Assembly: GCA_964016885.1 (NCBI GenBank)
Contig: OZ024741.1
Span: 14,012,001-14,076,000 of the forward strand
Length of the DNA stretch: 64,000 nt
Direction: 5' to 3'
DNA from: Eledone cirrhosa
Taxonomy: Eukaryota
Part shown: positions 38,740 through 51,700 of the stretch, piece after piece
Layout: each line of letters begins with the position of its first letter
Numbering within the stretch: the first letter of the stretch is position 1
The notes under the pieces: generated by a model
Seen by the model: the letters and a program-made list of their open reading frames with translations, nothing else
What the model was told of the DNA's origin: nothing
Databases searched by the model: none
Program-made: the position numbers and the translations under genes

Positions 38740-38906
38740 TGTAAATGAGGTTGGTGTTAGGAAGGGCATCCAGCTGTAGAAATCAAGCCAGAATCAGTTC
38801 CCATGTGAGCAAGACAAGGTCACCTGACCTGTCACCACCCACAACAGGACAACCCGTCTAACCCATGCTAGCGTGGAAGAACAGACATAAAACGATGATG
38901 ATGATA
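38740..38906 (+). mobile_element. RTE or SINE 3' end fragment
   Basis: GTTGGTGTTAGGAAGGGCATCCAGCTG...CTAACCCATGCTAGCGTGGAAG...(GAT)n. Confidence 0.8.
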
Positions 38907-38961
38907 TATTTTGCTCCAACTTCACCAATAATATTGACATTTATCATTTTTATACACTGAA

Positions 38962-39960
38962 CTATGTATGTATGTGTGTTTGTATGTTTGTATGTATGCG
39001 TGTTTGTATGTTTGTATGTATGTGTGTGTATGTGTTTGTGTGTGTGTTTGTATGTATGTGTGTTTGTATGTATGTGCGTTTTTGTGTGTGTTTGTATGTA
39101 TGTGTGTGTGTTTGTGTTTGTATGTATGTGTGTTTGTATGTATGTGTTTGTATGTATGTGTTTGTATGTATGCGTGTTTGTGTGTGTGTTTGTTTGTATG
39201 TATGTGTGTTTGTATGTATGTGTGTTTGTGTGTTTGTTTGTATGTATGTGTGTTTGTATGTATGTGTGTTTGTGTGTGTGTTTGTTTGTATGTATGTGTG
39301 TGTGTTTGTATGTATGTATGTGTGTGTGTTTGTATGTATGTGTGTTTGTATGTATGTGTGTTTGTGTGTGTGTTTGTTTGTATGTATGTGTGTGTGTTTG
39401 TATGTTTGTATGTGTGTGTGTTTGTATGTATGTGTTTGTATGTATGTGCGTTTGTATGTATGTTTATTTGTTATGTATGTGTGTTTCTATGTATGTGTGT
39501 TTCTATGTATGTGTGATTGTATGTATGTGTGTTTGTATGTATGTGTTTGTATGTATGTGTGATTGTATGTATGTGTGTTTCTATGTATGTGTGATTGTAT
39601 GTATGTGTGTTTCTATGTATGTGTGATTGTATGTATGTGTGTTTCTATGTATTTGTGATTGTATGTATGTGTGTTTCTATGTATGTGTGATTGTATGTAT
39701 GTGTGTTTGTTATGTATGTGTGTTTCTATGTATGTGTGATTGTATGTATGTGTGTTTGTTATGTATGTGTGTTTCTATGTATGTGTGTTTCTATGTATGT
39801 GTGATTGAATGTATGTGTGATTGTATGTATGTGTGTTTGTTATGTATGTGTGTTTCTATGTATGTATGTTTCTATGTATGTGTGTTTCTATGTATGTGTG
39901 ATTGTATGTATGTGTGTTTCTATGTGTGTGTGTTTGTATGTTTGTGTGTGTGTGTATGTT
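38962..39960. repeat. (TGTA/TG/TTTG)n compound microsatellite
   Basis: Low complexity; source of the MCVCL ORFs. Confidence 0.96.
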
Positions 39961-40413
39961 TGGTGCCTGTGACATAGTGTGTGGGGTGGTGTATTTGTGT
40001 GTGTGGTTGGGGTGCCAGCTACATGATTGGGGTGGGGCGTCCGTATTGTTGATGATGATGCTGACAATAAAGGTGGTACTGCTGATGGTGCTGGTGGTGG
40101 TGATAGTAGAGGTGATGACGATATAGATGATTATGATGTTGATGATGATGGTTGTGGGGATTATCACGATGATAATGATGCTGCTAATCATGATGATGAT
40201 GAGGAGGAGGAGGGTGATGATAGTGATGATGAGGATGATGATGATGTTGAGGATGATGATGATGCTGATGATGCTAGCCAGATATTGGTCTGTCAGTAAC
40301 ACATACTGCTGACCCCTAACACTGAACCCTAATTTTTCTCCCCATTTCAGTTCCAGAGAGCAATTGGTTAATGCAGCCATCACTTTATCACATTTGAATT
40401 ATGCTTTTATCTT

Positions 40414-40432
40414 ATATATACTGTTGATATCA

Positions 40433-40515
<83 letters not shown>

Positions 40516-40526
40516 TGTTGATATCA

Positions 40527-40617
<91 letters not shown>

Positions 40618-40630
40618 TGTTGATATCATA

Positions 40631-40697
<67 letters not shown>

Positions 40698-40708
40698 TGT
40701 TGATATCA

Positions 40709-40775
<67 letters not shown>

Positions 40776-40787
40776 TGTTGATATCAT

Positions 40788-40855
<68 letters not shown>

Positions 40856-40866
40856 TGTTGATATCA

Positions 40867-40939
<73 letters not shown>

Positions 40940-40952
40940 TGTTGATATCATA

Positions 40953-41013
<61 letters not shown>

Positions 41014-41025
41014 TGTTGATATCAT

Positions 41026-41089
<64 letters not shown>

Positions 41090-41100
41090 TGTTGATATCA

Positions 41101-41165
<65 letters not shown>

Positions 41166-41176
41166 TGTTGATATCA

Positions 41177-41267
<91 letters not shown>

Positions 41268-41278
41268 TGTTGATATCA

Positions 41279-41349
<71 letters not shown>

Positions 41350-41362
41350 TGTTGATATCATA

Positions 41363-41421
<59 letters not shown>

Positions 41422-41478
41422 TGTTGATATCATATCTCTCTCTCTCTCTATATATATATATATACTGTTGATATCATA

Positions 41479-41552
<74 letters not shown>
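40414..41552 (+). repeat. Compound array of 14 units [ACTGTTGATATCATA (TC)n (TA)n]
   Basis: An invariant linker recurs 14 times, separated by variable-length TC and TA tracts. Confidence 0.95.
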
Positions 41553-41554
<2 letters not shown>

Positions 41555-41929
41555 CAAAACATTTATATACACACATACACAAACACATGTATATGTATGT
41601 GTGTATATATGCTCCACACACACACACACACATATATATACACCATGCACACTCTTGTGTATGTGTGTGTGCATATTCCTTTTTTGATAAGTATGTGTGT
41701 TTCTCTATGTATGTGTATACATGTGGGAATGAGTACATTTATGTGGTATATATTGGTATATGTGTGTGTAACACATCTGTATGTATATGTAGACTTACAC
41801 ACTACATGTGTAAGTCTACACCCATACACACCGATATTAATGTACATTAAAATAATATGTTGTGATATGACAAAAAGGTCATTTATCAGAGACACTCCCT
41901 CCCAGCTACTTTATACATCTCTAACTCTC

Positions 41930-42505
41930 TCACACACACAGTGACACACAGACATACACACACAGTGACACACAGACATATACACACACACACAGTGACA
42001 CACACACATATACTCACAGTGACACACAGACATATACACACACACACAGTGACACACACACATATACACACAGTGACACACAGACATATACACACACAGA
42101 CACATTAACAGACAGACATATACACATACACAAACATTGACAGACAAACATATACACATACACACACATTGACAGACAGACATATACACATATTGACACA
42201 CAGACATATACACACATACATTGACAGACATATATATATATATACAGACATATACACACACATACATTGACAGACAGATATATATATACACACACATTGA
42301 CAGACAGACATATACACACACACACACATTGACATATACACACATTGGCACATGTACATACACACACTGACACACGTACATACACACACATTGACACACG
42401 TACATACACACATTGACAGACATACAATCACACATACACACACAAACACTCACACATACACTTACACAAACACTCACATACACAGACTCTCACACACACA
42501 CACAC
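41930..42505. repeat. CA-rich degenerate minisatellite
   Basis: (CA)n interrupted by GTGAC, TTGAC and GACATAT motifs. Confidence 0.92.
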
Positions 42506-42976
42506 ATGCCCTACATGTTATCATCCCCCCCCCCATCTCCACTATTTCTTTCTCTCTCTCTTTCTATCCTTATCCCCATCTCCATCCCCTCTCTAACCCC
42601 ACTCCAGATGTTGATCTGTTGGTACATTAACCCACCATCTGACCTCCACCTCGTTCTGTCCTCTCTCTCCAGGTCAGTCTTCTATATCAAATATATTACT
42701 TCTACACTCTACACCCATGTGCTCCTGCCACCTCACAACAACATACTTTTTAACCCTTTTCATGTCTAACTGCATCAATCAGACCCTCTCATATGAAACT
42801 GTTTCTTAGGAAATTGTATGCAAGAACCTTTGTTAAGTTGTGTTCCATACACCAGATAGATAATGTTAAGGATAGTTATATTACTAATTTTATATATATA
42901 TATCATCATCAACATCATCATCGTTTAACATAAATTTTCCACGCTAGCATGGGTATATATATATATATATATATAT

Positions 42977-44918
42977 AGTAATAATAAATTTGAAGACTAA
43001 AATCCAAAGAGGGCTCGATAAGGATAAATATATATCAGATATATAAGAACCGTAGAGCAAATATTCATTAAAATAACAGATTAAAGTTTAAGCAAAGAAT
43101 CACTGCTTTCACCCTTAACGGGATCTTCTGAAACTAAAAAAGTCAGAAGTAAATATTTACTTCTGCGCTCACAGATTGACTTTTTTAGTTTCAGAAGATT
43201 CCGTTAAGGGTGAAAGCAGCGATTCTTTGCTTAAACTTTAATCTGTTATTTTAATAAATATATATATATATATTAATAGTAATAATAATAAATTTGAAGA
43301 CTAAAATCCAAAGAGGGCTCGATAAGGATAAATATATATCAAATATATAAGAACCGTAAAGCAAATATTTATTAAAATAACAGATTAAAGTTTAAGCAAA
43401 GAATCGCTGCTTTCACCCTTAACGGGATCTTCTGAAACTAACAAAGTCAATCTGTAAACGCAGAAGTGGATATTTCAAAAAACGTTGCAACCGGAGGAAG
43501 ACAGGAAGACGATACTTTGGTTCGTGGAAACGATCGCTGGCAAAGAACAGGAAAAAACGAATATAATACGTCATTAATAGGAGCGGTGAAAAACAATTAC
43601 GCGCAAAGACAGAACCACGTTTATGGTATAAAAGAGGTCGTAGACTAATGTTCTCTTAGGTGGTTCATAGAGACGTTCTCTGGCAATAAACGAAAAAAAC
43701 GAAGATAATACGTCATATGTGGAGCGTGGAGAACAATAGCACGCAAAGACAAAACCACGTAAATGGTATAACTGAAGTCGTAGACTAAAATTCTAACTAG
43801 GAGACCGAATGAATCTCCGCTACAGAGTTAAGAGCAAAGTAAATAAATACAATACAGGAGTAATAGAAATAAATAAATACATACACGCAAACAAATACGT
43901 ACATACACAAATACGTACATACACTTACCATCGGTATACAAAACCACGCACATATAAATATGTGTGTGTGTGTATGCGTGTATACAAATAAATAAATAAT
44001 TATATAAACGTATATAAATAAATACGTATATAACAAGCGCACACACATACCTACATGTAAATACACGAATGTTCGGAGACGTAAGTCAACCAAAACATGA
44101 AGTACACATATACACACACCCTACATACGTACGAACCTGCATACTCACACAGATGCAAAACTCCCGCATACACATAGCCAAACCATATGTACCAGAATAT
44201 ATAGAATTATACGCCATAACATAAACAATCAAATATACGTACGAGAAGGTATACGTACCTTCACCAAACATACGGGTAAAATATACTTACCTATGCAAAT
44301 AAGTAATGGTATAAACAAAACATATACTTAGCTCCCACATCAAGACGTAAAATATCCACGTATAAATCGTACTATCCGTTAGGGTATAATGTGGGGCTGT
44401 GATACAGGAAAGTTTTGTGCAATTTATGTTTACAAGCCGAAATTGCCTCAGATTTTTTGTTTAAGATGTGGTCTGTGGCGTAGAGTATTTCCAGGGCCTC
44501 AGCGGCGCAGAGGTCACATGGTATTTTATTTCCGTTATACGATCTAGCCCTAGCTAGGATCTCCCAGTGTAACTTATATTGGGTGTGGTTGTCTTTTAGA
44601 CTCCAGATATAAGCTGAAAGTGACGTCATAAGACATTAGTCTACGACCTCTTTTATACCATAAACGTGGTTCTGTCTTTGCGCGTAATTGTTTTCCACCG
44701 CTCTTATTAATGACGTATTATATTCGTTTTTTCCCGTTCTTTGCCAGCGATCGTTTCCACGAACCAAAGTATCGTCTTCCTGTCTTCCTCCGGTTGCAAC
44801 GTTTTTGAAATATCCACTTCTGCGTTTACAGATTGACTTTGTTAGTTTCAGAAGATCCCGTTAAGGGTGAAAGCAGCGATTCTTTGCTTAAACTTTAACC
44901 TGTTATTTTAATAAATAT
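42977..44918 (-). mobile_element. Penelope-like (Neptune-type) retroelement remnant with direct and inverted terminal repeats
   Basis: GIY-YIG C-terminal peptide on the minus strand. About 43367-43650 is inverted at about 44637-44918; 42977-43145 is duplicated at about 43280. Confidence 0.8.
44372..44629 (-). pseudogene. C-terminal half of a Penelope-like GIY-YIG endonuclease
   Basis: TSLSAYIWSLK...W.IL.RA.SY...C.LC..E..I...LNKKSE..S.CKH matches the Neptune-clade pattern. Confidence 0.8.
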
Positions 44919-44924
44919 ATATAT

Positions 44925-45258
44925 ATCATTTTTCATCATTTCATTTTACGTCCGCTTTTCTCTGCTTGCAAGGGTGGGACGGGAACTGATTCTAGCTTGA
45001 TTTCTACAGCTGGATGCCCTTCCTAACACCAACCTCATTTACAGTGAGTGCTGGGTGCTTTTTTGCTGTGGCACCTACACGACCACTTTTCAGTGGAATG
45101 ATCGTCCCTATCATCTCATTTCTACAGCTGAGTAAACTGGAGCAAAGTGAAATAAAGTGTCTTGCTCAAGGAAACAACGCATCACCCGGTCTGAGAATTG
45201 AACTCACAACCTTTCGATTGCAAGGCCAATGCTCTAACCACTAAGCCATGTGCCTTCA
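44925..45258 (-). mobile_element. tRNA SINE family A with RTE tail type 2
   Basis: Head GAAGGCACATGGCTTAGTGG at 45258; tail CCCACCCTTGCAAGCAGAGAAAAGCGGACGTAAAATG. Confidence 0.88.
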
Positions 45259-45267
45259 TATATATAT

Positions 45268-45682
45268 ATATTCTCTGGCTTCTTAATATTCTCTACCAGA
45301 TACTTCGTTTTAATCTCATTCATTCTCAGCCCCACACTCATCGACACAGTCTCCACCTCTTCCATCAACTTCTCTGACTCCTTCACTGTGTTTCTCACTA
45401 GATCTATGTTGTCAGCAAATTCAGCATCTGATATCTTTTTCGCCTTAACTCTCCTGCTCCGACCCAGTGTTACACTAAAGCCAGAATTGACACTGCACTC
45501 AGTGCTCCTGTGGGAGCCCCTGCATGGACACACTGGAAGAGGGAGACCAAGGTTAACGTATGTTGATGCCCTAAGGACAGACACTGGTCTCTTGGAGACG
45601 CAGGACATGTCAGCGATGATGAGGGACAGAGACCGCTGGAGAGAACTCGTCCATGGATCTCGGGAATTTTACCTGCCCTAGA
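45268..45682. mobile_element. 5'-inverted RTE-like LINE fragment
   Basis: Minus strand carries RT motif DAEFADNIDL...VGLRMNEIKTKY (about 45270-45460). Plus strand carries the ORF end LLWEP...GRGRPRLTYVD...MRDRDRWRELV (about 45480-45681). Confidence 0.75.
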
Positions 45683-45841
45683 AATATATATATATATTCA
45701 TTTTATTAAGGCTACATATTATGTTACTCTGGAGTTTTGCCTGTTTATCAGAGAGTCATTAAAGCTCTACTTTGGTATTGAATACTCCTTTCTCTCAGCT
45801 TTCATCCACTTACGGATATATATATATATATATATATATAT

Positions 45842-46137
45842 CGAAAGGTTGTGAGTTCAATTCTCAGACCGGGTGATATGTTGTTTCCTTGAGCAAGACA
45901 CTTTATTTCACATTGCTCCAGTTTACTCACCTGTAGAAATGAGATGATAGGGACTGGGCCCTATTATTCCACTGCAAAATGGTCGTGTAGGTGCCATGGT
46001 AAAAAGCACCCAGCACTCACTGTAAATGAGGTTGGTGTTAGAAAAAGCATCCAGCTGTAGAAATCAAGCCAGAATCAGTTCCCGTCCCACCCTTGCAAGC
46101 AGGGAAAAGTGGACGTAAAATGATGATGATGATGATG
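45842..46137 (+). mobile_element. tRNA SINE family A, 5'-truncated, tail type 2
   Basis: B box GAGTTCAATTC; ends in GGACGTAAAA(TGA)n. Confidence 0.88.
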
Positions 46138-46188
46138 TATATACAATGATATTAAATAAATGGAAAATATATTTATAAAACCATATTT

Positions 46189-46249
46189 ATTCTATTATAT
46201 ATATATTTCAAGGGTACCAAAACTTTGGTACGCTATCATCAGATAAAAT
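46189..46249 (-). ncRNA. Minimal hammerhead ribozyme motif in a Penelope-like repeat
   Basis: Minus strand ATTTTAT-CTGATGA-TAGCGTACCAAAGTTTTGGTACCCTT-GAAA-TATATATA-TA-ATAGAAT. Confidence 0.6.
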
Positions 46250-46683
46250 ACGAAGTGTGTTTTATAAATAGTGACATAACCAAGGAATATATACCTTAAC
46301 GGTTCAAGTTTTCCTTGGATAGTGAAGGGATAAGAGAAGAAAAGTAAGATATTTCAAATTATTAAGATGAGTATGCAAATGAGGTTTAGGTAAAAGGGCT
46401 GAAAAAAAACGTTATTTTAGACGCTATGGAAAATTTAAATAATTATAAGTTATTGTATGCGTAGGAAAGGAGAGAAAGGAAGAAGAGCTAGCATTTAACT
46501 TTAATTTGGGGGAAAAAAGTGGAATATGATTCCAGAGTTTAAATTTAAATTTATTTACCTATATTATGATTTTAAAATTTTATATATAATCAATTAGATT
46601 ATATGAAGAATTATGCTTGTATTTTTATCTTATTACATTACGATAGGTTATATGTATATAAGAATATATTACAATAGGTTATA

Positions 46684-46945
46684 TCATCATCATCATCATC
46701 TTCGTTTAACGTCCATTTTCCACGCTAGCATGGGTTAGACGGGAGTTGTCCCACTTGAGGCAAGGCTGGTCGGGTAACCGTGTCTCTCTCATATAGGACT
46801 ATCTGGCAGGTTTTCTACGGCTGGATGCCCTTCCTAACACCAACCACATTTACAGTGTGGAACTGGGAGCTTTTTACCGTGTTACCTACACAACCACATT
46901 ACAGCATGGACTGTGTGTGTTTTTTGTCGTGACACCTACACGATC
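46684..46945 (-). mobile_element. RTE-tailed SINE or LINE 3' fragment (sister copy at 47630-47870)
   Basis: (CAT)n-CGTTTAACGTCC...GCATGGGTTAGAC...GGATGCCCTTCCTAACACCAAC. Confidence 0.8.
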
Positions 46946-47107
46946 TCGATCTCATTATCTCATGCTGTTGGTGGGAGTGGGAGGATAGGGTAGGAGTAGT
47001 GGATTGGGGTGTATATTTGGTTAAGAGGTGCCTACTGACTAGGTTTCGCTTTGTACATTATATTGAATAACAAATTGAATATCCCTTCTGTTTATATATA
47101 TATATAT

Positions 47108-47558
47108 ATCATCATCATCATCATCATCACCTTTTTACGTCCATTCTTTCACACTAGCATGGGTTAGACGGGTTGTCCTGTTGTGGGCAGTGTCTGGTTG
47201 GTTGACCTTGTCTTGCTCATATGGGAACTGATTCTGGCTTGATTTCTACAGCTGGATGCCCTTCCTAACACCAACCTCATTTACAGTGAATACTGTGTAC
47301 TTTTTTTTCGTGGCACCTACACGTCCATTCTACAGTGAGTGCTGGGTGCTTTTTTGCCGTGGCACCTCCACGACCACTTTGCAGTGGAATGATAGGGACC
47401 CCAGTCCCTATCATCTCATTTCTACAGCTGAGTAAACTGGAGCAATGTGAAATAAAGTGTCTTGCTCAAGGAAACAACACATCACCCGGTCTGAGAATTT
47501 AACTCACAACCTTTCGATTGCAAGCCCAATGCTCTAACCACTAAGCCATGTGCCTTCA
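47108..47558 (-). mobile_element. Full-length tRNA SINE family A with RTE tail type 1
   Basis: A/B-box head at 47490-47558; 3' region shared with the RTE 3' UTR at 57320-57540. Confidence 0.9.
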
Positions 47559-48104
47559 TATATATATATAAAATTGTAAGTTTGAAGAACAGTCAGATAA
47601 AATATATATATATATATATATCTTCATGCTCATCATCGTTTAATGTCTACCTTCCACATTAGCATGGGTTAGACTGGAGTGTCCCACTTGAGGCAAGATT
47701 GGTCGAGTGACCGTGTCTCGCTTGTATAGGACTATCTGGCAGGTTTTCTACGGCTGGATGCCCTTCCTAACACCAACCACGTTTATAGTGTGGACTGAGT
47801 TTTTTACCATGTTACCTACACGGCCACATTACAGCGGGGACTGTGTGTTTTTTGTTGTGACACCTACAGAACCTCATTAGTTTGGACTGGATGTTATGGT
47901 AGCAACTTTACAGAGAAAGGGTGGTGTTGGTGGGAGAAGGAGAGAGTGAGAGAGAGAGAGAGAGAGAGGCTGTGTGTTTAGAATAGAGACATTCTATTCA
48001 TGTGTATCATAAGAGATTAAAAGAGATGGTGTCAGAGCTTCCAGCTGTAAAACATTGCCTCAAGCTCCTCTACAGCCCATACCAACAGTGGAAAGTTGAC
48101 ATGG

Positions 48105-48458
48105 AAATGGTGATGGTGATGATGGTGGTGATGGTGGTGATATTGATGGGATTGATTGTGATGATGATATTGATGGTGAGGTTGGTGGTGATGGTGATGA
48201 TGGTGATGGTGATGATATTGTTGATAATGATGATGGTGATGGTGATGACGATGAGGTTGATGATGATGGTGATGACGATGTTGATGATGATGATGGTGAT
48301 GACGATGTTGATGATGATGATGATGATGATGGTGATGACGATGGTGATGATGGTGATGTTGATGTTGATGATGATGGTGATGGTGATGTTGATGATGATG
48401 GTGATGGTGATGATGATGATGATGATGATGATGGTGATGGTGATGATGATGATGATGA
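48105..48458. repeat. (GAT/GGT)n microsatellite
   Basis: Ends about 23 nt before the exon e acceptor. Confidence 0.96.
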
Positions 48459-48481
48459 CATACATATTTTCCACTTTTCAG

Positions 48482-48555
48482 TTGCAACAATATGACACGG
48501 AGTTAGATGCATTCAAAGACCAAATATCAGAATTTGAAATTAGTTTCCCACCAAG
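48482..48555 (+). CDS. INPP5A: INPP5A exon e (LQQYDTELDAFKDQISEFEISFPPS)
   Basis: CTTTTCAG|TTG...AG|GTCAGT, 74 nt. Resembles vertebrate FDKELSVFKDRLYELDISFPPS. Confidence 0.95.
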
Positions 48556-48716
48556 GTCAGTAACTAGTGACACTAATTAATTAAGTGTTAATTATCAATT
48601 TATTTTTACGATCTTCATAATTATATCTTTGAAAATGTCACTTCCTACAATTTTATACAAAAATATCTTCCACCATTTTAAATATGGACTGGATTTTATA
48701 CAGTGTCTTGTTTAAA

Positions 48717-51700
48717 CCACTACTACACCTATACTACACCACTGTATACCACTACTACACCTTTACTACATCACTGTATACCACTACTACACCTATACTA
48801 CATCACTGTATACCACTACTACACTTATACTACACCACTGTATACCACTACTACACCACTGTATACCACTACTACACCTTTACTACATCACTGTATACCA
48901 CTACTACACCTATACTACATCACTGTATACCACTACTACACTTATACTACACCACTGTATACCACTACTACACCTATACTACACCACTGTATACCACTAC
49001 TACACCTATACTACATCACTGTATACCACTACTACACCTATACTACATCACTGTATACCACTACTACACCTATACTACATCACTGTATACCACTACTACA
49101 CCTATACTACACCACTGTATACCACTACTACACCTATACTACATCACTGTATACCACTACTACACCTATACTACATCACTGTATACCACTACTACACCTA
49201 TACTACATCACTGTATACCACTACTACACCTATACTACATCACTGTATACCACTACTACACCTATACTACACCACTGTATACCACTACTACACCTATACT
49301 ACACCACTGTATACCACTACTACACCTTTACTACATCACTGTATACCACTACTACACCTATACTACATCACTGTATACCACTACTACACTTATACTACAC
49401 CACTGTATACCACTACTACACCTATACTACATCACTGTATACCACTATTACACCTATACTACATCACTGTATACCACTACTACACTTATACTACATCACT
49501 GTATACCACTATTACACCTATACTACACCACTGTATACCACTACTACACCTATACTACATCACTGTATACCACTACTACACCTATACTACATCACTGTAT
49601 ACCACTATTACACCTATACTACATCACTGTATACCACTACTACACCTATACTACATCACTGTATACCACTACTACACCTATACTACACCACTGTATACCA
49701 CTACTACACCTATACTACATCACTGTATACCACTACTACACCTATACTACATCACTGTATACCACTACTACACCTATACTACATCACTGTATACCACTAC
49801 TACACTTATACTACACCACTGTATACCACTACTACACCTATACTACATCACTGTATACCACTACTACACCACTGTATACCACTACTACACCTATACTACA
49901 TCACTGTATACCACTACTACACCTATACTACATCACTGTATACCACTACTACACCTATACTACATCACTGTATACCTATACTACACCACTGTATACCACT
50001 ACTACACCTATAATACATCACTGTATACCACTACTACACCTATACTACATCACTGTAGACCACCACTACACCTATACTACATCACTGTATACCACTACTA
50101 CACCTATACTACACCACTGTATACCACTACTACACCTATACTACATCACTGTACACCACTACTACACCTATACTACATCACTGTATACCACTACTACACC
50201 TATACTACACCACTGTATACCACTACTACACCTATACTACATCACTGTATACCACTACTACACCTATATTACATCACTGTATACCACTACTACACCTATA
50301 CTACACCACTGTATACCACTACTACACCTATACTACACCACTGTATACCACTACTACACCTATACTACACCACTGTATACCACTACTACACCTATACTAC
50401 ATCACTGTATACCACTACTACACGTATACTACACCACTGTATACCACTACTACACCTATACTACACCACTGTATATCACTACTACACCTATACTACACCA
50501 CTGTATACCACTACTACACCTATACTACATCACTGTATACCACTACTACACCTATACTACATCACTGTATACCACTACTACACCTATACTACACCACTGT
50601 ACACCACTACTACACCTATACTACATCACTGTATACCACTACTACACCTATACTACACCACTGTATACCACTACTACACCTATACTACATCACTGTATAC
50701 CACTACTACACCTATACTACACCACTGTATACCACTACTACACCTATACTACATCACTGTATACCACTACTACACCTATACTACACCACTGTATACCACT
50801 ACTACACCTATACTACATCACTGTATACCACTACTACACCTATACTACACCACTGTATACCACTACTACACCTATACTACACCACTGTATACCACTACTA
50901 CACCTATACTACATCACTGAATACCACTACTACACCTATACTACACCACTGTATACCACTACTACACCTATACTACATCACTGTATACCACTACTACATC
51001 TATACTACAGCACTGTAAACAACACTACCACACTACTACACCACCGTATACCACACTACTACACCACTGTATACCACTACTACACCACTGTATACCACTA
51101 CTACACCTATACTACACCACTGTATACCACACCACTGTATACCACTACTACACCTATACTACATCACTGTATACCACTACTACACCTATACTACACCACT
51201 GTATACCACTACTACACCTATACTACATCACTGTATACCACTACTACACCTATACTACATCACTGTAAACCACTACTACACCTATACTACACCACTGTAT
51301 ACCACTACTACACCTATACTACACCACTGTATACCACTACTACACCTATACTACACCACTGTATACCACTACTACACCTATACTACATCACTGTATACCA
51401 CTACTACACCTATACTACATCACTGTATACCACTACTACACCTATACTACATCACTGTATACCACTACTACACCACTGTATACCACTACTACACCTATAC
51501 TACATCACTGTATACCACTACTACACCTATACTACATCACTGTATACCACTACTACACCTATACTACACCACTGTATACCACTACTACACCTATACTACA
51601 CCACTGTATACCACTACTACACCTATACTACACCACTGTATACCACTACTACACCTATACTACATCACTGTATACCACTACTACACCTATACTACATCAC

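Noticed and set aside
40310-40380. Extra exon after the strong acceptor-like CCCTAATTTTTCTCCCCATTTCAG
   Set aside because: No good donor nearby, and exons d and e already join without an obvious gap relative to INPP5A homologues.
25100-42769. Many MCVYI, poly-T, poly-H, poly-V and SLSL/YIYI ORFs
   Set aside because: Translations of microsatellites.
48002-48481. Met/Val-rich N-terminal extension of ORF 48002-48580
   Set aside because: It is (GAT)n intron sequence in frame with exon e by chance; only 48482-48555 is coding.
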